A DNA stretch of 64,000 nucleotides from Bigelowiella natans CCMP2755 (lineage: Eukaryota; Protista; Cercozoa): contig ADNK01003343.1 of NCBI GenBank assembly GCA_000320545.1, positions 23,991 to 87,990 of the forward strand, in the 5' to 3' direction. A program made the position numbers and the translations under genes. The notes beneath the pieces are model-generated. The model searched no databases and had not been told where the DNA came from. It saw nothing but the letters and a program-made list of their open reading frames with translations. Below, one piece after another: positions 33,806-47,612 of this stretch. Positions within the stretch are counted from its first letter, which is position 1, and the number at the start of each line of letters is the position of its first letter.

Positions 33806-34108
33806 CACTCAATGTACATATGTATACATATATTTGCACACACAAGTTTGATTTTTTTATTGGTAGTTCGATTAACCATCCATGTTCTCGCTGTTCATGT
33901 AGGAAATGCTCGTTTTCCGTATATGACTGCATGCGGTTGGGATTTCACACGTGTTGGAATGCAGCCCTCATGGTTTGAAAACATGACCGTGGAACAGTAC
34001 ACTGATTGGGACACGAAGACTACAGGTAATACTTTCTGATGCTTGCATTAGTTCAATACGCAGCTTTCATGAGCTCACTCATGCTATTGTTATTATCATA
34101 TTATGTAC

Positions 34109-34144
<36 letters not shown>

Positions 34145-34850
34145 ACTTATCACTTATCGCTAACAATTTAACGGCAATCAAGATCCATCTATGGTATCGA
34201 ATACGACCTATCGAATACGACCTAGCTAAAGCACGGCTACAAAGAAGAAGATTATCCTTGGTTTCAAATTAAAAAATCGTGACAACTAAACTTCAGGGGG
34301 TAGCCAATATATGAAACCCGTGCAATGGAGGTTTACATCAGGCGCACCTTACGGACGCAATGGCTCCTGCATCGAAATCGATTCAGGTGTGAACACGATT
34401 GTGCAAGGAAGAACATGCCACTTACACACACAGCACCAGATTATGCATCAATCCTCGCTATCCCACACTCCATGAGCGCAACAGTAATTTATTGGTTGGT
34501 CGGAAAACTAAAGATATTTGTGATTTGAAGAGAAATGGAAATATTTCACTGTTAGGATTTTGTTGGGTGGTCGTTATTTTGGTACCAATGTCAGAATTCT
34601 TGTCATCAAAACTATTGTTTGTTGTACTTTACACAGGCACCGAATATGTTCAGTCGTTCAATCACTATCTCCGAGTTTACTTCGTTGTTAATATCGACTG
34701 GGAAGTGTTCTGCATAAAGTACAATGGCACGGAATGTATGGAGTATCATTTCTCTGGATGGGTACCTGCTGCCAGCCACTTATTTAACATTTTTGTCTAC
34801 CCTACCGCTGACCGGACGGGCAAAGCCAGCGAGGTGCAAAGATATTACGA

Positions 34851-34896
<46 letters not shown>

Positions 34897-36077
34897 TGTG
34901 TGTGTGTGTGTGTGTGTTTTAATAACTACATAGAACTTTTCGTCTGAATTTTGAAAATTTCTTTCTGAAGAAACCAGCCTCTATTCGGGTGGAATGAGTA
35001 GCTATGGTTCCCTTTAATCTTAAATGTGAGCCTTGTAGGTCATCCCCATCGCTTTCAATGATATCACCGCTCTTGTGAACGTAGATCAAACGAGGACAGT
35101 CAAGCTGAATGGTGTGTAGATGAACATATCATCCATAATATACTACCCAAAAATGTCACCGATTACGCATCTTTTTAAGTGTGTTAGTGTGTGTGTGTGT
35201 GTGTGTGTGTGTATGTTCGTGCTTGAGTTTGAGCATATTGGTAACCCAATACCTTTTATTATGCAATGAAACCAATAATTGTAGGTGAAGAAGACCACTC
35301 TTGGACTTTTAGCGCGGTTACCAGCCCCTTGAAGAAGTTTAAGAACAGTAATGCATAAAACTTGAAATTGCACCAAAATATCAGACGCGCTCATCTGATC
35401 TCATTTTCTTACTTCGCATCCTCCTTTGTTTCCATCTCCCTGTCCTTCGTCCTCCTTTCTATCCCTCTTTGTATATTTTGCGTACGAAACAGGTCCAGAC
35501 GGGTACATGTGCGAATGGTGGTTTAAGTATAATGAGGAATCAATGACTGTGCTTAAGGAAGTAGAGTCAGGTAAACTCATAGAAAAAGATGCGTATACAT
35601 ATAAGTAAAAAACTGTTCTCACAAGAATATACATCTATCGTTAAAATCATGTAGATGTATATATGTGTGTATATATAGATATATATATATATATATATAT
35701 ATATTACATGTGTGTGTGTGAGAGAGAGAGTTGGGGATTTGTGTTGTTTTGTTTGTTATTTGTTGCAACAATTTCTTATCCCCCCCCCAGCTTTCTATTC
35801 TTTCTATTATTGACACCAATGTATTAACCTTGCATTACCACATTTAGTCAACATGTGGATCGTGCTATCATCCCTCTTCAGTTTCGTAACTATACTAATA
35901 AGTTTATGGGGAAAGTGCTGCTTCAAGGTTCCAACGACAAAGCCGTTGGAACCAACATTGCCCCTAAGGAAACTTCTGGCTCTGAGAAGAAAGATAGCAA
36001 GTAAATGCAGCTTTGGTGCTGGCGAAAGCATGGACAAAAGAGATAGTAATCTTCGCAAACGTTCGAATGTGGCATGA
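33411..36077 (+). CDS. Two-TM protein with a large extracellular loop, DEG/ENaC-superfamily-like
   Basis: TM1 GYFIMGILLALFIFFTTQLLIQAV followed by spliced GNARFPYMTAC (FPxxTxC). Splicing 35571-35847 gives TVLKEVESVNMWIVLSSLFSFVTILISLW (TM2); stop at 36075-36077. Confidence 0.55.
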
Positions 36078-37770
36078 ATTGACGTGAGAGGACGGACGTG
36101 CACATTGCGATGAACTGTTCACGAAATGAAATGCAAACTTAGCAACACATTTGAATTCGCATCGATGTCTGCGGAAGCTGCAAATCAAAACGAATTTGAC
36201 GAGCAGCTGCAGCGCAGCACATGCCGCATGATTGGAGCAACCAGTGGTTGCACTGACGCGGAATGGACAATGAGTCGTGGTTGGTCGAAGTCAGCCTGCA
36301 TGATGAGTTGCACGCTGTCATGCGGCATTGGCCACCGCAGCGCGCGCAACGTGCAATGATGACAATGCTGGCCATGCGTGCACATCAATGCGATCATCAA
36401 CAAGTGAAAACCTGGCAGGATCGACGTCATGCTGAAAATCGCACACACAGATCCACGTGCGCAGCAGCGCACAGCATCCGCGCGACTTGTTGTCGCGTGT
36501 GCAATCTAGCAATGTTCAATTTGTTTTCCGCAAATGGCAACTGAGGTGCACCAAATGCCCCGCGGTTGTGTCGCAGTGAAAAAAATCAATTGAAAATCTG
36601 AGAGCTCTCTTGCTTTGCGTTGCATGTTTGAGAACGAAAGCTTGCTTTTTCTCGTGTCCGGAGCAACTCGTTGACAGCTCATTTGGAGGAAAAAAAATGC
36701 TTTCAGGTGGTGCACGCTTCTGGGCTTCAGAAGAACCTTCGCATCACAGTGTTGAAAAGCAAACGAATCATTGTGGGCAGCGCAACGTGCTGAAAGCTTT
36801 GGTCGAATGCGGTGCACGTGCCGTTGTTGCTGCACGCACTCATTGCACAACAAAAATCGTGATGGTGCACGCTGCGACGTCCATTGCAGAGTGCGCACAC
36901 ACAACTCATCATGTCTCTGTTCGTGCAGGAGGCGTGCATGTGCACAATGGCTCACCCAACGCGCAACGCTGGAACGTCAACGTGCCGCGCAGCGTGCGAT
37001 GCAGTGGCGTTTCGCCGTCACTTTCGACAACACTTTGGGTGTTTGAGTCGAAGCTGTGCTCGATCCGCTCAAAGTGCAGAAAAGTGCACACACCTTCGAT
37101 TCAAAAACAGACAGCACTCCTCCCGTGCAGTCAGAGCTGCAACCTGGTGCAACCCCCAAAAAAGTCCCCCCAAAAAAAAGTCTGACCAGTTTCACCGCAC
37201 AACTCCAGTCGCCAGGATCGGAAAGCCGTGCGCGAGGTGAGCAGCGAAGTGGTGGAAAGTTGCGCAACAATCAAAACGTGAACAGGCTGCAACTTTTCCC
37301 TGATCGAGCGCGCACGTGCGTGCACGAGTGACTGAGTGATTGAACAAGCTCCAACGGAGTGGTGCGCGAAGTGCGATCGAACGACACACCAATTTGGTGT
37401 TGACCAAAAGCAACACGTGCTCTCCAGTGAGTCAGGTCCAACTTCCCTGCTCAGTTTCATTCGTTCGCAGAGCCATCGCAATTTCAACTTCCACACTGCA
37501 GGTTTGGGGCACTGAACGAACGAGTGAGTGTAGTGGTTCCACTCGTGAGCCTCTCAAAACGACTCGCAATTCGGCTGCAGAGGAAGTGACCAGAAGCAAC
37601 CAGGAACGAACGTGAAGAAAGAAAGAAGGAAAGTGAACATTGAACACTGAACTTGATGCGCAAGCATCTCTTGAAGAGCCTCTCACGGGCCGTTCCTCAA
37701 AGTGGCTGTGGGACATGCCCATGCTTCGAATGGCACAGACGCACTTCACACCGTTGGTGTTCTTTGCAAT
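36050..37770. other. TpA-depleted intergenic island
   Basis: 3 TA dinucleotides in about 1720 bp by manual count, all in TAG. Confidence 0.9.
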
Positions 37771-38412
37771 TTAGTAAAGTTTCCCTGAATTCGTAGGCCT
37801 GGGCGGGCTGCAGAACATGCATTCAGCCGTCCTCCTCTCACAGAAAATTTCGCACGTGCCGCCAGTGACTCGGATTCCCTGAAAATGTCACGAAAGAGCG
37901 AGAATTTTTCCATCTTAGCTCACACTTTGATCGAAAAAAAAGCAGAAAAGGATGCAAGGGTACCTTCCATGTTGCAGGATTGTGCTCCAATAATTACTTA
38001 AAAATGACCTACGAAACCAGTTCCCGGAGCACGTCTCAGCTGCTGCAGTCTCTCTCTCTTTTCTTTTATTACAATCATCAGGAGCAGTCCTCAATTTCGC
38101 GCACTAAGAAAAGGATTCCCAATCGGCGCTGCGCCAGAACATTTGTCGATTTCTTGGGGAAGATGCCATCCCTTTTTGACCATGAACCCTGCAGTTACAA
38201 GCTCTATCGCACTAACTAAATCTTTGCCGCAGCATCGTGACCATTTCAGCAGTCACGATTCCTTTTTTCTGCTAAATTGTAAATTTTGGCTCGACGCTAC
38301 GTCGAATTCCCCTGCGTTGCGAAAAATGTGAGCACTCGTGCGGCAAGCAAATGTTCGATCACGGTCTCACGTTCGACAGTTTTGATGCGACCGGGTGAAG
38401 GCCACGATAGAG

Positions 38413-40761
38413 ATGCATTTTACCTCCTCCCTCCTCATCCTTCTCTCCCTAGGGGATCACATACCCCTTTTCCCTTTCGTCAAGGCTGTGTGGATCAAAT
38501 CGACGTCGATGGACCTCAACATCAAAGCAGAAACGACTCAAAACCAAGCGGCGATGTCTTTGAATGCAATCGAGCCCAACGAGCCCAACGTTTCTCTACA
38601 GAGCGAAGCATCAATGAAGACACAGCTAGATTCGACTCCGAGATACATGCGAATAGTAATGACACTTCTTAACAAATATTATTCACATCTCTTGAATCCT
38701 CGCATTCCGTCGGTTTCCTATGATTAGGGTGAATCGTGTCTCGATGGATCGTTCGGGGCGAACAAAATCTACTACCAGGTCAACACTTTGGGGTACAATG
38801 ACTCCACGACCCTCGATAGTTGCAAAAAAGGCTGCTCTGACTTCGGGATCATGTCTTCCGATGAAGACAGCAACCAAAGTCCGTGCCTCGGTTTCGAGTT
38901 TACTGCACCCAACATCTGCCGATTCTATACAATTTCTGTGGTGTCCTCCCCCTTCTTTTTCTTCTCCTCCTCTGGTACCAGTGACAATGAAGATGGAAAT
39001 AGGGGTGGTAGCACATACGGGTGCTACGCGAGCAGTCGGACCGCCTCCGCGTTTCGAAATGTGAGGCATAGAAATGACGGCCGCACGGAGGATGATGACG
39101 GTGAGAGTAGCTCCTCCTCGCTCAATCACTGGGACTACGAATACCGTGGGCCTGGTCACTGCTATCCAGCTGCGTCAACAACAGCAGCAAAGAGTGGCAA
39201 TACGGGGTTCCGTGAAGGAGACAATGCGGCTGTTTCGCCTGACGGCTCCACGTTGGAATACTATACCACCTATCCCCTTCATCTTGACCCTTCTCGTCAG
39301 CTGGATGAATGCTTCAAGCACACAAGACTGAATACCACTGGCTTCTCCGTGGTAACGGGAGAGTGTCGTGTGTTCGAGACTCGTCTCTTTGGTGCGGTAC
39401 TGCCCCCTTCTTCTTCTTCTTCTTCTTCTCCTTCTCCTTCGTCACCAGCAGCAGCAGCAGCAGCAGCAGCAAGCTCCCACACCTTGCAGGAAGCTAGTAA
39501 GCCATACGGATGCTATCAGAAGAGAGACGGCTTCGGCCCAGCCTACTATGCGGCGGGCAATACGAAATGGGGCATGATCAATCTGGTATCCGAGGTGAAG
39601 AAACGTCTCCCGTCAGTGAGCTCAGTTTTCCGTGTTGTCCATTGGGGAGATGTCGAGGTGAGCTGCTGTGATGGTGGTGGTGGTGGTGGTGGAGCGGGGT
39701 CAAACGATGTATGAGACATGTAAACTAATACTACAGCTGGTCGCTGGCCTGGATTCCATTGTTTTGTGAGAATATACCCATCGTCGTATGTTCTCTTTCT
39801 TCATATTTTCTTCTCCTCCGCACCTCCTCCTCCTCTATATATATCGCTTAATGGTGATATTTGCCTGTCGCCCCCCCCCTCCGCCCTTATATGTCTCTCA
39901 GGTGGCCCCTGGTAAGTGGAACTGGGGATGGTTTGATGAGTCGCTGCAAAGCTATGCCAACAGCTCCATGCGGGTGGGTGGTGGTTACTCATCGGATAAC
40001 ACTACCGACAACAACATCACTGATGAGAAGAAGAAGAAGAAGAAGAAGAAGAAGAAGAAGAATAGAAGATGGAGGAGAAGCATACTAAAATTGAAGACTA
40101 TGTGACACATTGAAAGCAGTTGTGGAAAACAATAGATGGTTATCCAAAGGTTGGGCTGATATTCTGGTTGTGGCCTCGTACACCACAATGGCTGTACGAC
40201 CGAGGGGTCCCTAAGGTTGAGTGCCTTCGTGCATGCCATAGCCTCCCTACCTGAGCAGGGGGGGGGGGGAGGGGGGAAGTGGAGGATCGATATTTAGTAG
40301 TCGTGTCCAGACGTATTGTTGCTGCATGAGGTATTTCATAATGCCGTCCTTTTCCTCCTCCTCCTCCCCCTCCCCCCCCCGTCCTCTCCTTCCTCCTCAC
40401 ATTTCGTTTTATAGATATGCGCTGGAGGATTCTGTTATCCATGCCATCTCAATTCAGTCTACCAAGGTGTGAGGGTGGCTCTGTTCTGCTGTAGCAGTGG
40501 CGGGGGCGGTGCTGGTTGTGGTTGTGGTTGTAGTTCTAGCAGTAGAGGTAGTAAGTAGTAGCAGTGTAGTAATAGCTGAGCACAAATGGATGGTGTTATC
40601 CTTTGCTGATCTCTGTGTTTATTTCACGCATGCAGGCCATGTCATCAACGCTATGGATGTTTTCCTGAAGCATCTACAGAAGCAGCCGGATTGGGTGCGG
40701 CGCAACATCGCCTACATTCAGTCTGCAGAGGGTAAGCTTTAACGCACATACATATGTATAC

Positions 40762-40803
<42 letters not shown>

Positions 40804-41421
40804 CACACATGCCCAGAGAGAAAGAGAGAGAGAGACGGCTACTAGATAGACATGCGCACCTACAAACACCACTTGCAGGCACTTATGGAGATGAAACACC
40901 CTACTTTGGAGGCGTGAAGCTAATCCAAGGGCCTTGCCACATCAATTGGCGGAAACCTGAATCAGAAGGGTTGTTAGCAGTCTATACAGTACAAACAAAA
41001 GAGAAGCCAAAAGAAATGAAACAAAATGAAGACGACTACAATGGAGGCGATCGTGATAGCGTGTAGTCTGATCGTAAAAATCATTAGATACAGCGGAGGA
41101 GGGAGAGAGGGGAGAGAGAAAGGGTGTAAGATGGAATGTCTGAGCGCCATTGTTTCTTCCCCTGTGTAGCAATAGGCGATGGGAGGAATGGAAGCACAAG
41201 ATATGGTACGAGTACTCAAACATCACGCAATCCTTCTCTCCAAGACTGCCACTGCTCATCAACGAAGTAAGTCGTCCAGAGAGAGAGAGGGTGGGGGGAT
41301 GAAGAATTGTGAAATTCAATCGGGAAGGGGGTCAACAGTACAGCAGCAGCAGCAGCATAGAAACCCTTACGAAATCCCAACGATAGCAGCACTTTCGCCA
41401 TGATTAGATGAGATGTGTATC

Positions 41422-41465
<44 letters not shown>

Positions 41466-42870
41466 CAGGGGAACGCGCTAGAGCACACCGCATGGCTGAT
41501 GAGGCATTTGCCGGGGGTGTACGCAAAGATCGGAAACCATGGCCATGGCTACCAGCTACCGAATGAGGTGGTGGAGGGGGGGGATAGGCGGCAGCAGCAG
41601 CAGCAGCAGCAGCAGAGCTCCGCGCGCTATGATTAGTCACCGCTTTGTTGCGTATCGTCAAATAAATTAGGCTGTTTATCTTGAGAAATCGTTTGAACGG
41701 CACAACCGACAGTGTGGGGACCCAGGTAGAAGTATTCTGCATAGCATTCACGCTGTTTTTGTCCGCTCTCTTTCCTCCCATTGCATGGCCTTTCTGTGGA
41801 AGGCTGCTGCTCTGCTTTAGAGACGTATCCCCCCCCTCCCTCAGTTCCAGCACGCCCTCATAATCTTCACCTCTTCCTCCTGCCTCAGGGCCTTGGCAGT
41901 TCTCACTTTCCGAGATGGATGAGACGAACACGGGGTAGTATTCGTGGTGATAATAGGAGGAGGAGAGAGGTGGAAGAAGGAAAATTCACAGAATGGTCTT
42001 CATTCAAGCTTCTCTCTGAATCCATCCCTACCCATCCCTATCCATCCACAGGTGGTTCAAGCAAGCCCCTGTGTGGAACATGTACTGGAGCTGCCTCTGG
42101 GCTCTGCACATAGGCATTGACCAGCTGGCATTCCTTCGCAACGATCTGAACAACACGCACTACCACGAGGCCTTTCGCTTTCTCCGTCTCTTCGCCGGGG
42201 AGAAGAACCCCCAGTGGTCCAACGGTGCCTTCGTCGCGCTGAGGGGGGGGCTGGATGTTGCGGACGTGCGCAGCTTTCCGGAGAGCGTGTTCGGTGTGCT
42301 TCCAAGGGGGTACTGGATGAAGGAGCCGCTCTATGCTCGGGCCAGGAAAATCGCCGACAAGTCAGTTGCTGTTGTTGTCGTTGCTGCTGCTGCTGCTGAC
42401 GTTGTTGTTGTTGTTGAGTTTCTCGTAGTACTGAGATCGTGGAAGATCACTGTACGCTGTTTAATACTGCTGCCCGTTATATGATGTCCCTTCTCGTCGC
42501 TGTCTTGGTGGTCCATCCCTCCCCCCCCCCCCCCGCTTCCTCTTTTTCCTCTCTCCTTCTAATTGTAGTGGCTGCGACGGGCTGCTTGTGCCTGCCGCAT
42601 GTGTTGCTATAGGTTCTCCGCACAAGGAGCATCGATTGGTGATGACCCGGTCGGTGTATTCGCGAGCAACCTCATGGACAACAGGAGGGCCAAGTCGATG
42701 AGCGACGTGAGTTGGAAGATATACACGGGGAACTACCAGAGGTATATCTCCCAGCTCGAGGTCGAAGAGACGTCACAGGCATGGTGGCGAATGGGCTCCA
42801 AGTGCCAGCCCTATGGCCGCTTTGCACGGTCCTTCAAGGAGAAGGTCGTTCTTGACTGAAGAGCTGTGGC

Positions 42871-42928
<58 letters not shown>

Positions 42929-43136
42929 TGATGGTGGCGATTCTTAATAGTAGTAGCAGCACCAGCAGCAGCAGCAACATTAAGAAGAAGAAAGAGGGAA
43001 GAAAGGAGGAGGGGGAGGAGGGGGAGGAAAAGAGTCGCCGTAATAGAAGTAGCAGCGAGCTTAATTTGTGATTGAATGAACGGTCAAGATGTCATCGTAT
43101 CATTAGCATCATCAAGTATCTTCTTCTTTATTTATG

Positions 43137-43193
<57 letters not shown>

Positions 43194-43895
43194 TACCACT
43201 CTTTCCTGGCCCTCCTTTTCCTCCGCTCCCCCCCCATCACAGGGGCCATACGTGATGAAATTCTCTCTCGACCCTTGCTTCCTAGCTCAAGTGCCGGAGA
43301 CGCAGCGCAGCGATTCGGTGAGAATCCGCGTTGTCTATCTCGATCGAGGGACGGCAAGGTGGGAACTCAAAATGAGAGCTGTTCAGAGACAGCAACCTCA
43401 CACATCACAACGCCAAGAGCAAGCTGCTGCCCTACTTTCACCGTTCCAATCGATCATCCAGCACACAAACGAGGATTCTGGGCTGTGGAAAGAACGTACA
43501 GTAGTGATTACGAAGGAGCAGGCCGCTGTGTTGGGAGGGGGGGGGGTTGTAGCAATGGTAGCTTCAGGAGCGAAGGAAGTGGGAGGAGGGGGGAAGAACC
43601 GCAGCAGCCTTTCTTCTACCCCCCCCACCACTACTAAAGCGGCAGCAACCGACTTGATGCTGGTGGGCAATGGTACTTGCTCTTTTTCTCAGTCTCTTTC
43701 ACACACACGCGCGCGCGCGCGCGTACACACACACACACACATACACATACACAAGGCGCATATTACGTTATGCACACAGGCATGGCATGGTTCCACATGA
43801 TTCAGTTGCTGAAAAATGGGCAGTTTGATGCTGAGGCTTCGTCGCTATGGGAGGAGATCAAGGATTGCAACCCATCCCCCCTCCCCCTTCGCTAG
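38413..43895 (+). CDS. Secreted glycoside hydrolase (beta-galactosidase-like TIM barrel, GH42/GH35-like) with Cys-rich N-terminal modules
   Basis: Hydrophobic N-terminus; spliced VVHWGDVE/VAPGKWNWGWFD, then TPQWLYDRGVP and IAYIQSAEG; C-terminal VRIRVVYLDRG beta-sandwich-like segment. Family assignment is tentative. Confidence 0.6.
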
Positions 43896-43955
43896 GCGTT
43901 ATAACCTCCATCTCTGTGCGCCTTACACAGCCAAAAGAGTAAACACACACAGATC

Positions 43956-43991
<36 letters not shown>

Positions 43992-44584
43992 TCGCTATAT
44001 CGTGTATGTATGTGTTTGGGGGTGGGGTTGAATTCACCATAACGAATGTGCAATTTCTGGTGGGTACGTGAGATGTAGAAGAGAAGAAAGAATACACTTC
44101 TCAGAAGCAAGTTAGAGAGTCGTCCCAAAGCCACGGATCAATTGTTACAGGGCAGCTTAGCCACAGAGAAATGAATGGTGTGTAAAGTGCGATGTGTATG
44201 CGCCGCATGCCATGTGACAGTGCACAGCAGCGAGGTGCAGCATCGACGCTTGATGTATAGTGTATAGTTTAAAAATAAGAAACGATATACGCACAATGCG
44301 TACACCGCTAAGAAATTAGTATGTTGCACATGACCTCTTCCTCACACATGCGGATCGTAACAACGTGCACTGGCTACGTCTTGCGTGCACGCGTAGTCAC
44401 GCGGTCACACATCACAAACATCTAGTAATAATGACGATGGTGATGATGAATGATGTAATGACGAACAACTACTTGGGGGACATCGAATCGCGCACACTGA
44501 TCGACAGCGCTGTGTGTCCCCGGATAGCGGCGAGCACATTTGTCATGTACGTGAGTCAGCCCTACTAGCTACTAGAGTTGATAG

Positions 44585-46703
44585 CTATAGCACTCCTTCG
44601 TAGGTTCCAGAATAGCCACGCTTGTCATCGTTCGTCAACCACGACATAGCGAACTCATCGCCTTTCACCATGGTGTTAACTCCTAATTAAGCCAGGAAAA
44701 ATGAAGCTTAATTCAGAAACATTTTCATCTACACATGTTCTTGGAAATTTCGCATTCGACTGCTATCGGGCTTGCTATCACAACGCAGTACATTTCCTGC
44801 TAGTTGACATCACTGAGAGAGAGAAATGCTACGGTCACCTTTCGGGGTGCCTGTGTAAACTAGATCTCCTGGTTCTAAAGGCTGCATTAGTTCAATCAAT
44901 GGCGGCGAGTGAGAATCAAGGAGATATAATTTGGGAAAGTGCATATTTGGTGCATAAAATAATCACATGATCGCGCAGTACTTTTAACCAAAAATTACAT
45001 TTTACACACGTACGCATAGAAGACTTAAAAGTGCTACCTGATACGTTGCAAGGAAAGTAAGCAAGTGTGGGACTGGAAATATCATTTGCGCCTATGAAGA
45101 GAATGGGAGGAGCAAACATTCTCAGAAAGAGAGAGAGAGAAATGAGAGAGAGAGAGAGAGAGAGAAGAGATTGAGAAGGAGGGACACTTGTAACACTGAC
45201 ATGCAACAATGAGTTCTTCTTCCTCTTCTTTCTCTTACACTTACCACACTCGCCTTCTGTCTGACATCATCATTGACTCTCAGTTCAAATGATAAAGAGT
45301 CTGGAGAAAAGTCTTTTCCTCCTTGCTCATAGAACTCGCTCAACGGTACCTACAACACACAAGGAATTGCCATCTTGTGAGTTACGCGTATCTCCACGAA
45401 GTAGTGAGTGGAAAGTTTAAAAACGACCGCTGTGGTGTTGCACACATTTTCTCTCTCCTTCTCCCCCCCCCCCCCCCCCCTTATGGATGTGTGCGTGTTA
45501 CCAAAGGTCCCAAGATACTCGAGCCTTGGAAACTGTGATGTTGGCGATAAAGATATATACTCAATACGAATCACACCTAGCGTAAGACCAAAGCACACGC
45601 ACAAGGCCCTGAGGCTGGCATTCATTCAGAAGCATACCTTTTCGATAGAGTCCAGGGAAGTCCCTTAGCTCTCAACGCACTTTGCTTGTCGCGAAGTGTC
45701 AAATCCAAGCTGACCCAAAGCAAGAAAAATGAGCATGTTGTTGCCCGCAAGCTCTCCATGTGTTTTCTCGTAAAATGCGAGTAGATTGCAGAATTGATGA
45801 AATCTTAAACAGCACATATGCAGTTGTCCGATGGTCATGCTCGCGGTCCTTACCGTCACCATTTATATAATCATCCTTTGATATTGGTGTTAAGTGCATG
45901 CACGTTGTTGTTCTCATCATCGGCTACCCAAGTGCGAGAGATCCAATTACGTCCCAGCTGTTGGCGTGCAATCACAATTCCATCATCAGTAATAATATCA
46001 TCAGCAATGACAAAGAAACAGTGCACACGAAAACACGGGCAAGGATAGCAATAAGACGCCCTGTGCGCCTCCTTACGAAGAAGGAGGAGGAGAAAGGGGA
46101 GGAGGAAGTCGCGCCAACAGAAAAATTATATTATAACGGGAGGGATGAGTTGATTCATCAATGAATCATATCCTCTTCTCCCATTACTCCGAAAGAGCAT
46201 TAACAATAATGCTGTATAGCTATTGACGGGGTGACGACGACAACCTCTCGACATGGCTATTTAGAGGAATCTGCTCGGCGATCTGTACGACCTTAAGGGT
46301 ATAATACCAAAGAACACAGTGGTGGACGTTATCGAAACGGATATGAAACCTTCACATGCACACTTCCTTTCTTCGATTCACTATTTGTTAAATACCAATT
46401 CTAGTTCGTGATGAATACGTCCAGATTCAGCGAACGCTGTAGCCCCTTCAAGAAGAGGAAGACATCGGTTAGGAAAAATGCAATGTGTGCTTCTTGCTGG
46501 GAAAGCTTCATTGAAGATATTCTAACGAAGTTCGCTGCACACGCTGAATCGCTCGGCAGCACGCTAGCACGTTAACGCCACCTTCAAGTCCGCGAAGAGA
46601 GCTGAGAGACTTTATGAATACCACCGGCTCCTCTTTCTGGAATGCATGGTGAAAACAATAACATGCCACAACATAAATAAACACATGCAATATGTTTCTC
46701 TCG

Positions 46704-46774
<71 letters not shown>

Positions 46775-47200
46775 TGAGAACCATGAACACATAAATAAAG
46801 ATGGACGTCGTCCTCGAAAACGAAGCAGCGTCGTTAATACTACTACTACTCCTCCTCCTCCTACGACTCATTTTATCATAGCAAAAGACTGGTCCTGCTC
46901 ACACTACCGGAAGTTCGTTTCCGAGTTCATAAACATGTTCAACGTAGTTCCTAAGGATGAAAGTTGTCGATCATGTCTAACTGGTGGCACTGCAACCTCA
47001 CCGCTAAGTCTATTGTCCCTGCAATGATACACTCAAGTCTACACCCGAAATTCTAGAATGTTGGAGCACCTTCCGATGCAATATATGTTCTTCACAGATG
47101 CAGGAGCAGTTGTGCTCATCAGGCGACAAGGCTGCCCTCTCGCCATGCTTTTGAGGGCGCTCAAGGCCCTTGAGCAGGAGGAGGGCCTAACAACAATCAT
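44585..47200 (-). CDS. FAHD1: Fumarylacetoacetate-hydrolase-domain protein (acylpyruvase/oxaloacetate decarboxylase), likely mitochondrial
   Basis: Spliced motifs NIYCIGRNYVEHVYELGN, EEPVVFIK, GLDLTLRDKQSALRAKGLPWTLSKSF and PLEPGDLVYTGTPKGV; stop at 44585-44587; Arg/Ser-rich presequence. Confidence 0.88.
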
Positions 47201-47612
47201 CAATGCACTTGATATTTTCAAAGGCAATCGCCATCCGCTGCAGATTTCAATGTTGTTGTAATTGTTGCCTGATGATAGTGAGGAATCCATCGATATAATA
47301 TCGATAAAATATAGACCAAAACAACATTCAACGCAAATTTGCAACCTGCGCTTGCCGCTGGAACTTTTCGCTCCGTGCCGCTTTGGAGAGGAGGGGGGGG
47401 AAGGAGAAAGAGAAAGCCCGAGGAAACAAACAGACGAACTCGTGGAATCATCACCCTTTGATCATCGCTGCTGGGCAATAGAGGAGGGCATTGCAACACA
47501 TCAAAATGCTGACGTTGTAAAGAGAGAAGCTACCTCGACTACCATGCACTAATTTCGATCGAAGACTGTGCCCCTTGCTCTTCAGTAGTTTCTTTTGCGC
47601 TTTGAGACGGCA

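Noticed and set aside
36126-37749. Cluster of small Cys-rich proteins
   Set aside because: Same stop-codon-depletion artefact; no splice-consistent or homologous coding signal was recognised.
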